Positions 42,201-53,000 of a stretch of DNA of 64,000 nt are shown one piece after another. A program made the translations under genes and the position numbers. The stretch is taken from the NCBI GenBank assembly GCA_951804945.1, contig OX638157.1:33914001-33978000 (forward strand), in the 5' to 3' direction. Source of the stretch: Podarcis cretensis (lineage: Eukaryota). The stretch's first letter is position 1. Each line of letters opens with the position of its first letter. The notes beneath the pieces are model-generated. The model saw only the letters and a program-made list of their open reading frames with translations, made no database searches and had not been told where the DNA came from.

Positions 42201-42439
42201 GCAATAAAATATTCCACTAGAGGACAAAACAGCAATGACCATAAAGAGGGCCTCTTAGAACTTTAGACTGCTATATACAGTTTTGAAAGTGCAGACATTA
42301 AAGGCAGATGAGATTTTGTTTGCTTTTGTTTTGTAGCTGTTGGGTTTCAGCATTTAATTTTTATTTTGCTACCTGTTCTTAATTTTTCTGCTCCCCAGTT
42401 TCTATCTATGAGTGATTCCCCCCCCAAAAAAAAGCTCTT

Positions 42440-42470
<31 letters not shown>

Positions 42471-42640
42471 AAATGATTATATTATTTTCACATTTCCCAT
42501 TAGAATATATCTCCAAGCAATGCCAATATAATTTCATATAACATGATCTATTTTGACTAAATTGTCTATTCCAAAACTTTAGAAATAAATTTCCATTATT
42601 TGTTAATCAAGTTCTAGCCTTCATGCATGGTGCACCACAG

Positions 42641-42991
42641 TAAAAGGTTAAGTAAAGGTAAAGGACCCCTGGATGGTTAAGTCCAGCCAAAGACAACTAA
42701 GGGGTCATCTAGCTTTCAGGCCGAGGTTTGTCCACAGATGACTTTACGGGTCATGGTGCAACAGAACCTCTTCTAGTGCAACAGAACACCATGATAGAAA
42801 CTAGAATACACGGAAACACCATGTATCTTCCCGCCGCAGCGGTACCCATTTATTTACTTGCACTGCTAGGTTGGCAGGAGCTGGGACAGAGCAACAGGAG
42901 CTCACTCCGTTGTGGGGATTCGAACTGCTGACCTTCTGATTGGCAAGCCCAAGAGGCTCAGTGGTTTAGACCACAGCGCCATCCGCGCCCC
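42641..42991 (-). mobile_element. Sauria SINE
   Basis: (AAAGGT)n tail on +; GGTTTAGACCACAGCGCC head; GATTCGAAC B-box. Confidence 0.88.
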
Positions 42992-44728
42992 ACATTACCC
43001 TCAGCCAACCATAAATAGAGAGCTCCTTCCATTTTCCATTTAGTCCTTGCCATTTTCTCAATCCTTGCCATTATAAGTGAATCAATCAATCAATCATACA
43101 TTCTCTGCAGTACTTGTATCATTTTAAATACATCCAATAAAACCAGCACAATCTTGGGAGAAGCTCTCATTTAGTGGTTTACTTTATCACATCCTTCTGC
43201 AAAAGAATCTTTCCAAAATGAGGCCTTCCATTTCAGTTTTTGAATTGTAACATTTCAACGAGATTGTCTTTTGTGACTTGTTGTAAGCTGCTTCAGGGAA
43301 TCTGGCCAGGAAGTAATACAGATTTCTATAACCATCCACACAGCCAAGTAAGTAGACAAGCAGGTAAATAAATGAACAAATAATATACCTTAAAAGATGG
43401 CAGCAAAATTGCTATATAATTTTTCCCTGTGCCCCCAACATACATCTGTTAAAAACATACATTAGGCTGCAAGTTGGTGGTCTTCAGGAGGGCATCCCAG
43501 GGACACAAGATTCTTCAGATCTTCCTCTTTGAAGGTGTAGAAAGGGGTCTGTTCTTAGAGAGGGAGGTTTAAATTTGGGACTATGCCAGCCCAAATTTGT
43601 ATATTCTTGTATATTCTTGTAGAAATGGAAACCCCCCCCCCCCACAAGATTCCCATCTTCATAATATCCTAACTTTGATTTGTGTGTGTGTGTGTGTTGA
43701 CCCCTCCTCTCTTCTCATCTCTGCTTCTCTCGCTTAGCACTGTTTATTGAAGCTAACCTAAGCAGTTTTTCTCCAGGGAAAAACCAAAAGGTGTTGATTT
43801 CCTCCTGTTTTTAGGCTGGGTACCTTTCAGCATGCTCATTCCCACCTGCAGGAGCTGTTAGCACTTCAGTGGAAACCATCTCTGTGTGACTGCTTGTCAC
43901 TCTTCAAGGGAGTGCTCTCCTTTTGTTCCCTGCCTTCCCTCTTTTAGATCATTTCCCCCCAGATTTCTCAATATTTAATAAATACATAATCAAGAAAATG
44001 CTTTCATCTATTCATTAGATTTTTGTAATGCCTCTGGAAATGACTTCTCCCTTTGCATAAACTTGTCAGCAAATCTGTTTACATCATTCACAAGGAAAAC
44101 AAAGCCTCTTTTATTTATTTTCCAGCTCAGAAACACTTTATGAGATGGGTTGCACTTTTTTTCATGGATAATAATTTTTTCTGCTTGTATTCACTCTGGT
44201 ACTACAAGCCATGCTGCACCCGGTAGCGAGGAATTCTTTTTTTAGGTGAGAGAAATAGAAGCATGCAGAACCAGATTTTAAATGATTGTATGGCAGGGAC
44301 AGAAAACCTTTTTGGCTCTGTAGGTCAGATCCTTATCCAGTCACAGCCTTGTGCCCCAAATTTAACAGGTGGGCAGAGCTGATAGGTGGTAGAGTAGAAA
44401 GATGCTTTCTGCTTTTCCCCTGGGAGCTTGCTTGAACAGCTGGTGCAGCAGGCTTCATTCCACTGTCAAAGCATGATTGGGAGTGCCTTTTAGGGCTTCC
44501 AAGTACATGTGAATAAATGTATAAGTGTACAGCTCAACTACTTGTGTACACAGGTACACAGATTGTACACCTGTTGAATGTAATGTGTAAAAACCCAAGC
44601 ATGTCTTATAGTCCATGTTCCCAAACCAGATTATTTTGGGGTTTCAAACCATACACAGAGTTCCTGTAGGAGCAGGATTTTCTGCTCAGATCAGTGGAGG
44701 AGGAAGTTCTCAGGCAGAGGCTTGTAAG

Positions 44729-44872
44729 CAGTGCTTTTTTCTGGGGTGACACAGCGGTACGCATACCCCTAAACATTTTGTGAATCTAAGTCTGGCCTCA
44801 TTGAGGGGCAGTATTTCAATATGAGTAGGAAAATGAGAGTTAACCTCAACATTTTTAAAGAAAAAAGCACTG
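44729..44872. mobile_element. hAT MITE, 8-bp TSD CTTGTAAG
   Basis: TIR CAGTGCTTTTTT...AAAAAAGCACTG; TSD at 44721-28 and 44873-80. Confidence 0.93.
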
Positions 44873-44992
44873 CTTGTAAGCATGCTCAAAGCTGGGGGGA
44901 GGATGAGAGGACCAGCATACCTGCCCTGCACTTACCACATGACTACATTTTAATAATAATAATAATAATAATAATAATTTATTATTTATACC

Positions 44993-45031
44993 CCGCCCAT
45001 CTGGCTGGGCCTCCCCAGCCACTCTGGGCGG
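44993..45031 (-). other. L2 3'-UTR stem-loop (putative RT recognition hairpin)
   Basis: CCGCCCA (44993-99) pairs with TGGGCGG (45025-31); TGGCTGGG (45002-09) pairs with CCCAGCCA (45014-21); 4-nt loop; lies between the stop codon and the microsatellite tail. Confidence 0.8.
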
Positions 45032-45063
45032 CTTCCAAAAGAATATTAAAATACTATGATACA

Positions 45064-48000
45064 TCAAACATTAAAAGCATCCCTGAACAGGGCTGCCTTC
45101 AGATGTCTTCTAAAAGTCTGGTAGTTGTTGTTCTCTTTGACATCTGGTGGGAGGGCATTCCACAAGGAGGGCGCCACTACCGAAAAGGCCCTCTGCCTGG
45201 TTCCCTGTAACTTGGCTTCTCGCAGTGAGGGAACCGCCAGAAGGCCCTTGGTGCTGGACCTCAGTGTCCGGGTAGAACGATGGGGGTGGAGACGCTCCTT
45301 CAGGTATACTGGACCGAGGCCGTTTAGGGCTTTAAAGGTCAGCACCAACACTTTGAATTGTGCTCGGAAACATACTGGGAGCCAATGTAGGTCTTTCAAG
45401 ACCGGTGTTATATGGTCTCGGTGGCCGCTCCCTGTCACCAGTCTGGCTGCTGCGTTCTGGATTAGTTGTAGTTTCCGGGTCACCTTCAAAGGTAGCCCCA
45501 CGTAGAGTGCATTGCAGTAATCCAAGCGGGAGATAACCAGAGCATGCACCACTCTGGCGAGGCAGTCCACAGGCAGATAGGGTCTCAGCCTGCGTACCAG
45601 ATGGAGCTGGTACACAGCTGCCCTGGACACGGATTTAACCTGTGCCTCCATGGACAGCTGTGAGTCCAAAATGACTCCCAGGCTGCGCACCTGGTCCTTC
45701 AGGGGCACAGTTACCCCATTCAGGACCAGGGAGTCCTCCACACCTGCCCGCCTCCTGTCCCCCAGAAACAGTACTTCTGTCTTGTCAGGATTCAATCTCA
45801 ATCTGTTAGCCGCCATCCATCCTCCAACCGCCTCCAGACACTCACACAGGACCTTCACCGCCTTCACTGGTTCTGATTTGAAAGAGAGGTAGAGCTGGGT
45901 ATCATCCGCATACTGATGAACACCCAGCCCAAACCCCCTGATGATCTCTCCCAGCGGCTGCATGTAAATGTTGAAAAGCATGGGGGAGAGGACAGAACCC
46001 TGAGGCACCCCACAAGTGAGAGCCCAGGGGTCTGAACACTCATCCCCCACCACCACTTTCTGGACACGGCCCAGGAGGAAGGAGCGGAACCACTGTAGGA
46101 CAGTGCCCCCAGCTCCCAGCCCCTCAAGACGGTCCAGAAGGATGTTATGGTCGATGGTATCAAACGCCGCTGAGAGATCCAGCAGAACTAGGAAACAGCT
46201 CTCACCTTTGTCCCTAGCCCGCCGGAGATCATCAACCAGTGCGACCAAGGCAGTTTCAGTCCCATGATGAGGCCTGAATCCCGACTGGAAGGGATCCAAA
46301 TGGTCCGCTTCTTCCAGGCGTGCCTGGAGTTGTTCAGCAACCACTCGCTCAATCACCTTGCCCAAGAATGGAAGATTTGAGACTGGGCGATAGCTGGCCA
46401 TCGTGGCCGCATCTAAAGATGGTTTTTTAAGAAGTGGTTTGATAACCGCCTCTTTCAGCGGGTCTGGGAAGGCTCCCTCACGGAGGGAAGCATTCACCAC
46501 CCCACGAAGCCCATCGCCCAGTCCTTCCCGGCTAGCTTTTATAAGCCAGGATGGGCAAGGATCAAGGAGATAGGTGGTTGGTTTCACTCGTCCAAGCAGC
46601 CTGTCCACATCCTCGGAGGTAACAGATTGGAATTGATCCCATGCAATTTGACTAGACAGGACTCTAGCACTCTCCCGCCCCGGCCCTGCTCCCACGGTGG
46701 CGTCTACCTCTTCCCGAATCTGAGCGACTTTATCTGCAAAAAACTTTGCAAAATCATTGCAGGAGATCATGTGGCCCGTACTGGGCCCTGATGTAGCAGG
46801 TGGTTCCGCTAAATTGCGGACCACCTGAAAAAGTCTCCTGCTGCTGTTTTCTGCAGATGCAATAGAGGCGGTGAAGAAAGTCTTCTTCGCCGTCGCTACC
46901 GCCACTTGGTAGGCTCGACATTGAGCTCTAACCTGTGTCCGGTCAGCTTCAGAATGAGTTATCCGCCACCGGCGCTCTAGCCGTCTCAACGATTGTTTCA
47001 TTGCCCTCAGATCCGTGGAAAACCACGGGGCTCTCCGGGCTCCATGCAATCGGAGAGGGCGCTTCGGAGCCAAACAGTCAATAGCCCTGGTTAACTCCAC
47101 ATTCCAGCGGGCCACCAGGGAATCAGCTGAAAGGCCATCAACATGGGATAAAGCATCCCCTACCACTCTCTGGAAACCATTTGGATCCATTAAGTGGCGG
47201 GGGCGGACCATCCGAATCGGTCCCACCTCCCTGCAGAGGGGAAGGGTCGCGGAGAAGTCCAGTTGCACCAGGAAGTGATCTGACCATGGCACTTCTTTTG
47301 TTTCACTTTTAGTTAGTGTCAGGTCACCAACATCCGTAGAGGTAAAGACCAGGTCCAAGGCATGTCCGCGGCTATGGGTTGGGCCAAACTTATTCAGGGA
47401 CAGCCCCATGGAGGCCATGCTTTCCATGAAGTCCCGAGCGGCCCCTTGTAAGGTCGTGTCGGCATGGATATTAAAATCCCCTAGGACAACCAAACTAGGT
47501 GTCTCCAGGAGAACATCCGCCACGACCTGAAGCAGCTCGGGCAGGGAATCCTTGGTGCAGCGGGGAGGTCGGTACACCAAAAGGAATCCTGTACTGCCCC
47601 TATTGCCCAACTTCCAGAACATGCACTCAGAGAACTGGGTCTTCCCAATAGGACGCCTGGTGCAAACTAATGACTTCCTAAAAATCACTGCAACCCCCCC
47701 TCCCCGCCCACAAGGCCTGGGTTGCTGTGCGTAAGAGAAACCTGGTGGACAAGCAGCAGCAAGAACAGGCCCGTCCGCTTCATTCAACCAAGTCTCTGTT
47801 ACACATGCCAGGTCAAATCCCCCATCCATGATCAGGTCATGGATGGCAGTGGTCTTATGAATCATTGACCTGGCATTGCACAGCAGCACCTTCAGGTCAT
47901 GAGGGTATCCCTTGCTGATTCTAGTATCCATCTGGTCAGGACCAGACCTGGAGGCAGGGATAGTCCTCAGACAACGACTAAACCTGCCTCCTCTGTAATG

Positions 48001-48096
48001 ACATGGTCTGGTCTTAGCGTAACTCCTCCTCCTACCCGAGATCACTGAGATCGGTTGTCCCAACGCATCCCCCCCTGTGGAACATGCCGCAGCCAT
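45064..48096 (-). CDS. L2-clade LINE ORF: apurinic-like endonuclease + reverse transcriptase (~1010 aa from first ATG)
   Basis: Uninterrupted ORF; the track starts it at TTG 48150, but the first ATG is at 48096 (context AAAATGG). APE motifs: NARS, TETWL, YRPP, GDFNIH, LDLVF, SDHFLV. RT motifs: YRPVSNL, QSGFR, LDLSAAFDTIDH, GVPQGSVLSP, YADDTQLY, RSLGV. L2-type C-terminus: HITPVLKDLHWLPV...LWNALP. Confidence 0.96.
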   Translation of the reverse strand: MAAACSTGGDALGQPISVISGRRRSYAKTRPCHYRGGRFSRCLRTIPASRSGPDQMDTRISKGYPHDLKVLLCNARSMIHKTTAIHDLIMDGGFDLACVTETWLNEADGPVLAAACPPGFSYAQQPRPCGRGGGVAVIFRKSLVCTRRPIGKTQFSECMFWKLGNRGSTGFLLVYRPPRCTKDSLPELLQVVADVLLETPSLVVLGDFNIHADTTLQGAARDFMESMASMGLSLNKFGPTHSRGHALDLVFTSTDVGDLTLTKSETKEVPWSDHFLVQLDFSATLPLCREVGPIRMVRPRHLMDPNGFQRVVGDALSHVDGLSADSLVARWNVELTRAIDCLAPKRPLRLHGARRAPWFSTDLRAMKQSLRRLERRWRITHSEADRTQVRAQCRAYQVAVATAKKTFFTASIASAENSSRRLFQVVRNLAEPPATSGPSTGHMISCNDFAKFFADKVAQIREEVDATVGAGPGRESARVLSSQIAWDQFQSVTSEDVDRLLGRVKPTTYLLDPCPSWLIKASREGLGDGLRGVVNASLREGAFPDPLKEAVIKPLLKKPSLDAATMASYRPVSNLPFLGKVIERVVAEQLQARLEEADHLDPFQSGFRPHHGTETALVALVDDLRRARDKGESCFLVLLDLSAAFDTIDHNILLDRLEGLGAGGTVLQWFRSFLLGRVQKVVVGDECSDPWALTCGVPQGSVLSPMLFNIYMQPLGEIIRGFGLGVHQYADDTQLYLSFKSEPVKAVKVLCECLEAVGGWMAANRLRLNPDKTEVLFLGDRRRAGVEDSLVLNGVTVPLKDQVRSLGVILDSQLSMEAQVKSVSRAAVYQLHLVRRLRPYLPVDCLARVVHALVISRLDYCNALYVGLPLKVTRKLQLIQNAAARLVTGSGHRDHITPVLKDLHWLPVCFRAQFKVLVLTFKALNGLGPVYLKERLHPHRSTRTLRSSTKGLLAVPSLREAKLQGTRQRAFSVVAPSLWNALPPDVKENNNYQTFRRHLKAALFRDAFNV

Positions 48097-48445
48097 TTTG
48101 TTGGCTGGGACCCACTCCCCGGCAGCCCTGACCCCTCCCCTTAAGAACAAAATAAGACCTTAAAACAATGAAAACAAAACAAAAAAGAAACCCCAAAAAA
48201 CAATACAAATAAAAAACTCCAAAAATTACAAATCCATCAAAATCAAAACAAATTCCCAACTAAACATCCATCCCACCCCCACCCCATCCCTGCATATACA
48301 GTAATAATAATGACAATAATAATAATAATAATAAAGAAATAAAAAGGAAAAGGAAAATTTTAAAACATTTTAAAAAGAACTCTGCACCCCTCCGGATCCC
48401 CCTGGGCCGCAGCAGCAGTGACAGCAATCGTCCCTGTGAGGCCTG

Positions 48446-48960
48446 TCAGGCCCCGCCCTAGGCCAGATGGTGAGTGGCAGGAAGGAGCAGGGCCCTCAGA
48501 CACCCACGCAGGAGAGTCCTCCTGGGCAGCAGAGCACAGCAGTCCTTATGGGGCTTCAGGCCCCGCCCCAGGCCAGATGGTGAGTGGCAGAAAGGAGCAG
48601 GGCCCTCAGACACCCACGCAGGAGAGTCCTCCTGGGCAGCAGAGCACAGCTGTCCTTATGGGGCTTCAGGCCCCGCCCCGGGCCAGATGGTGAGTGGCAG
48701 GAAGGAGCAGGGCCCTCAGACACCCACGCAGGAGAGTCCTCCTGGGCAGCAGAGCACAGCAGTCCTTATGGGGCTTCAGGCCCCGCCCCGGGCCAGATGG
48801 TGAGTGGCAGAAAGGAGCAGGGCCCTCAGACACCCACGCAGGAGAGTCCTCCTGGGCAGCAGAGCACAGCAGTCCTTATGGGGCATCAGGCCCCGCCCCG
48901 GGCCAGATGGTGAGTGGCAGGAAGGAGCAGGGCCCTCAGACACCCACGCAGGAGAGTCCT
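48446..48960 (-). repeat. Tandem array of ~4.7 x 110-bp GC-rich monomers at the 5' end of the L2 element
   Basis: Unit starts TCAGGCCCCGCCC at 48446, 48556, 48666, 48776 and 48886; copies differ at only a few positions. Confidence 0.97.
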
Positions 48961-49615
48961 AATATCTCGAGAGGACTAGAATCTTCCTAAGTGGGTTAGT
49001 GCCACATGGTGAAAGGGAAAAAGTGATCCTGAAAAGGCAACTAACAGAAGTAACCAAGTCCAGCTGTAAACACATAAAAACAACAATAACAAGGTATATT
49101 TGTATGCCCCACTCAGGGGGCACTTCACTGCCCCACTTTCATTTTGTCAGCAAACAATCACCACAACACTAGTAGCAATATCAACCAGGTAATAAACACT
49201 AGTGTAAATGCAGTGCTATCATGGCATGATCAAGGAGGGGCCTGTTGCCCAAACATCCACATGAAGTCAAAGGGAAATTAACTCGGGGAGTCAATAGCTG
49301 TGCTGGGTTGGAGTGAAAGTGGGCAAGGTGCTCTTTGGGAGCACTGCCATCCTCTCTACCCTCTCCTGTCCCATCATGTCCCACCCTGACTGCTCTGCTG
49401 CTGGCACCTGGTTGCTTCCCTCCCACAGCTTCCCAGGTAGTGATGTGAAATGAGAATCAGACTCTTTTTGTCCATATTCCTTTTTTTCAAGAAACAGCTA
49501 TTTGGAAGGCTGCACTCCTCAGCAAAGTGCCTGCTGTTGAGGATCCAGCCATGCCAAACACCTTCCTTTACCCGTGGTGCCTCTGGCATGCAGTGGCAGC
49601 ATTTTGCTGTGTAGC

Positions 49616-50008
49616 CAGGGGTGTCTTACCCATAGAGGTTAGTGGCACAGGGCACCAGGGCGCCAAGTTCTGGAGGGCACCAGGGAAGAGGCGGAGGCTG
49701 GATGCAGTGCCTCCCGGCATCAGCTCACCACCCTCGCCCGCCTCCGCCATGCCGCGCTGAAGTAGTGGCGCGCCCAGAGCCTCCATCTGCCGTGGCCACC
49801 GCAGCACGAAATGGCCAGCTGAGCCAGGAGGTGCCGCGTCCAGCCTCTGCCTCTTCCTCGCCAGAGGAGCCACCCTCCAGCTGCTGCCTGCCTCCACCAG
49901 CCCCGCCAGCAGCACCATCCTCCCTAAAAAAAACTCTGGGAAATGGGTGTGTGTGTGTGCCGGAGGGAGCTTGGCACCAGGGCACCAGATATGCTTAAGA
50001 CGGCCCTG
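49616..50008. mobile_element. GC-rich hAT non-autonomous element
   Basis: Imperfect TIR CAGGGGTGTCTTACCCATA / TATGCTTAAGACGGCCCTG; TSD TGTGTAGC (49608-15) / TGTGTAGT (50009-16); subterminal GGCACCAG repeats. Confidence 0.85.
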
Positions 50009-53000
50009 TGTGTAGTGCACAATCCTGGCTAAATGTTTAAGGAAGATATGTAGCAGCCATTGACATCAGCCCTGGTGCACCATTTTCTGATCCCGATGGT
50101 GATGTCACATTGTTTGCCCTATGAGCTTCTGCTGTTGCCTCCTCTGATAGTCATTTGGCACCCTTGCATTGTGGGGCCCTGGAATTCTGTCCAACCCTAA
50201 CAGAGCCATTGAACAAAATAGTGTGCTTGCTTCCCCCCTGCCTGCTCAGAGCTGCAGCTACAGTGAAAGATGCTTCTCCTTCTTGGCCAGTTCTACATCC
50301 TTTGTATATAATGCCAAGGCCCAGCCTGATTAAGGAATCAGGAATTAACTCCAGTTTCCCCCTGGGTTTGCCCCACCCATAAGCTTCGGGGAATTAAATC
50401 AGGCTCATCCAGTTGGTCAGTTATTGCCTGCTCTATAGGACACAAATCACAAGGCAGCTTCTCCATAGATCTAGCTAGAATGTAACTGGAATCAGTTTCC
50501 AGCCTGCCAAAGAAGACTGATGTAAACTGTGTTTCAACAGAAAACGTTTCTCAGTGATGTGCATGTGTGCAATAATGCATTTTTTATTTTAAAAAGTCAT
50601 CCTCAATAAGTGCAGTACACATAGTTTGAAAAAAACACACACCACAACTATCAATTAGGAGGTGATGGGCAAATAAAAGTGCTTCATGATAACCCACTAG
50701 AAGCCAGGGCCTATAGAGGAACAACTAAAGACTTTTTCAATTAGCGTTAAAACATTTAATGTTAATCCTGAGGGTTTAAAATGACTTTAAAAAGTCACTC
50801 CCCAATAGCTTCGAGAGCTTTAAATCAACAATGCAAAATCAACTAGTTACTGCACTTACTAGCTTGGAACAAAACACAGCAGTGATTATATTCCTTTAAT
50901 TGTCCTTAAAGTCATTATTACATATGCAAGTACAATTTTCTGCTCTCCAGAGTCATTCCCTCATTACACTTTGTGATTCACCAAATTACACTATTGTGAA
51001 TAGTGCCTGAAACCAGTGTCCAAATAGTATCAGGGAACTGCTGGGCTCCTTTCGCTGAGGTCAATTTAATTACATTGTGCATGACAGCAACCATGCCATT
51101 TGGGTATTGCCTTTGCCACCAGCAATTGACACCTGAGTGTTAATGAGCTAGTAATTAAGAGCTGGCACAGGCAGGCACATTTTCATGTTGGAGACTGGGA
51201 TCACCATGTGCTGTATCACGTTTGTGCTAACAGCCTTCAGTTATATAGTTCCTGGAATATACAAGGTTTGTGACATATAAACATATTTCATTTGCAAAGC
51301 CTGCTTTTCTGACGGTCAGACTAAACAATTCTGTGCCTCCCATGAGAAATAGAACCATCATAAACATTTTCTGAGCACTGGATTATTTTGCTTGGTTTTG
51401 ATTTTTCTCATCTTTGCATTTTAAAGCTTGTTTAAAGGTTAATGGCTTCTGATGATAATCTACCCCAAAGGCTTAATTAATATTGGATGCCCCCTGTGCC
51501 AGATTCTGCTCAGTGCCAGAAAGAGACCCAGGTCTCGGGTCAAAATAAAATCACTCCACAATTAGACAGAACCAACAGACATCAAACGAGACAGAGTTAA
51601 TGCCCTTTCTCCTTTGCATGATCATGGACAGATGTCTTCTGCTGGGGTTGTACAAGGCCTAAACCAACTGCAAAACAGGCTCAGAGGCTCCTCCCAAAAA
51701 GAATGCAAAAAATAGCTCTCAGAAATGACAGTCAACATCTATTACAGCTCATCAACACATTTCAGAACAGAGGTTCAAGAGCAATCCAAAACTTTCAAAT
51801 TCTATAAAAATGTGAAATAGCTGTTTTGAATGATCCTTACCAATAAGGAGGAGGGATCATTGAGAGCAAAACTAAAACACTAGCACATTTGCAAGGTGGG
51901 GAAACTTCTAGACGGGTCCAGTCCCTACTGCACTAGTTTTCTACCGCTAAGGGAAAATTGTTTTTTTCCAAAAAGAAAGAAATGCATGTCATACTAGGGT
52001 ACTTGCAATCTGAAGTTCTACCTGTCATTCTGATACCTCAAAATCCTACCTCTTCATTCCCACTTTATTCTGTTGCATTCACAAACCAGGCTTTCTAGCA
52101 AGAGTAGGGACTTTCAGGTTTGTCAGACCTCTATTCAGCCCATATGATTCTCCCCAGGCTGCACGCCTTCTTGACCCTGCTCTGCACCCTCCTTCAGTAC
52201 TTTTGCTTTGTGGCAATGTGTCTTTGAGGTGTGATACTGCTGCTTGGTTGCTTGGATGCTGGATGGAAAGATGTAGGTGGTTATAGAAACATTTGATTTT
52301 TGCATGGGTGGGGTGTAGTATACTATGAAAAGCTAAAATTCACATCTATAGATCTGCCTATTCTTGTCTCCAACCACACTGAAAACAATGCCAGTGTAAT
52401 TAGCTTCAACATCTTTTCCATATTCTTATTAAAGAGGAGAAAGAGAACTTACTATTTTCTGCTATATTAATATTTTGTTCTGCTCATAGAAATTGAAGCC
52501 CTTTATATATTATAATGGGGCAGGACTCTCAGATGCAGATATTTAAAACATTTAGGTACCTATATCTACATTCTAGGGCATTCCACAATTAAAACACAAT
52601 AAAGTATAGTGTAATGTACACAGCAGAATAAAAGCAAGACTATACCACATGTTAGAATTATAAATGTAAGGTCACCAGGTTTTGCCTGGTACTGAAAAGA
52701 ACAATATTAGTTCTAGGCAGGTCTCTTTGGGGAGGAAATTCCAAAATTGAAAAGGCCCTTTACTAGCATCCACCCTACTTCTGGAAGAAGCAGCACACAA
52801 AGGAGGATCTCAGCAGGTGATCTGAAAGCAGGTGAGAACAGAAGGCAGACCGGATTACAGTAGTTGGTAGATTTGTAGTAGATTGTCAAGGATTTCATAT
52901 TCTTAATTGTTTAACAATAGTTGACTTGGGGGAAATGATTTCCACTGTCCCTAAATTATACTGCTGAAATGAAGGATTCTTGCGGGTAACAAGGAGGAGA

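Larger units (their letters stand above)
44951..48960 (-). mobile_element. Near full-length single-ORF L2-clade LINE (5' monomer array, T-rich spacer, ORF, 3' stem-loop, (TTA)n tail)
   Basis: The (TAA)n tail on + starts ~44951, followed by a short 3' UTR with a hairpin (44993-45031), the ORF, a T-rich spacer (48150-48420) and the 110-bp repeats (48446-48960). There is no room for an ORF1. The only possible TSD is a short TAAT, so the 5' boundary is inferred. Confidence 0.85.

Noticed and set aside
45125-47734. Plus-strand ORFs of 60-126 aa
   Set aside because: Antisense shadows of the GC-rich L2 ORF.
48418-48990. Overlapping 91-109 aa ORFs in the 110-bp array, and the array as a CRISPR-like or RT-associated spacer array
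   Set aside because: The ORFs are frame-cycling artefacts of a period that is not a multiple of 3. The units are near-identical end to end with no unique spacers, there are no cas genes, and the context is eukaryotic.
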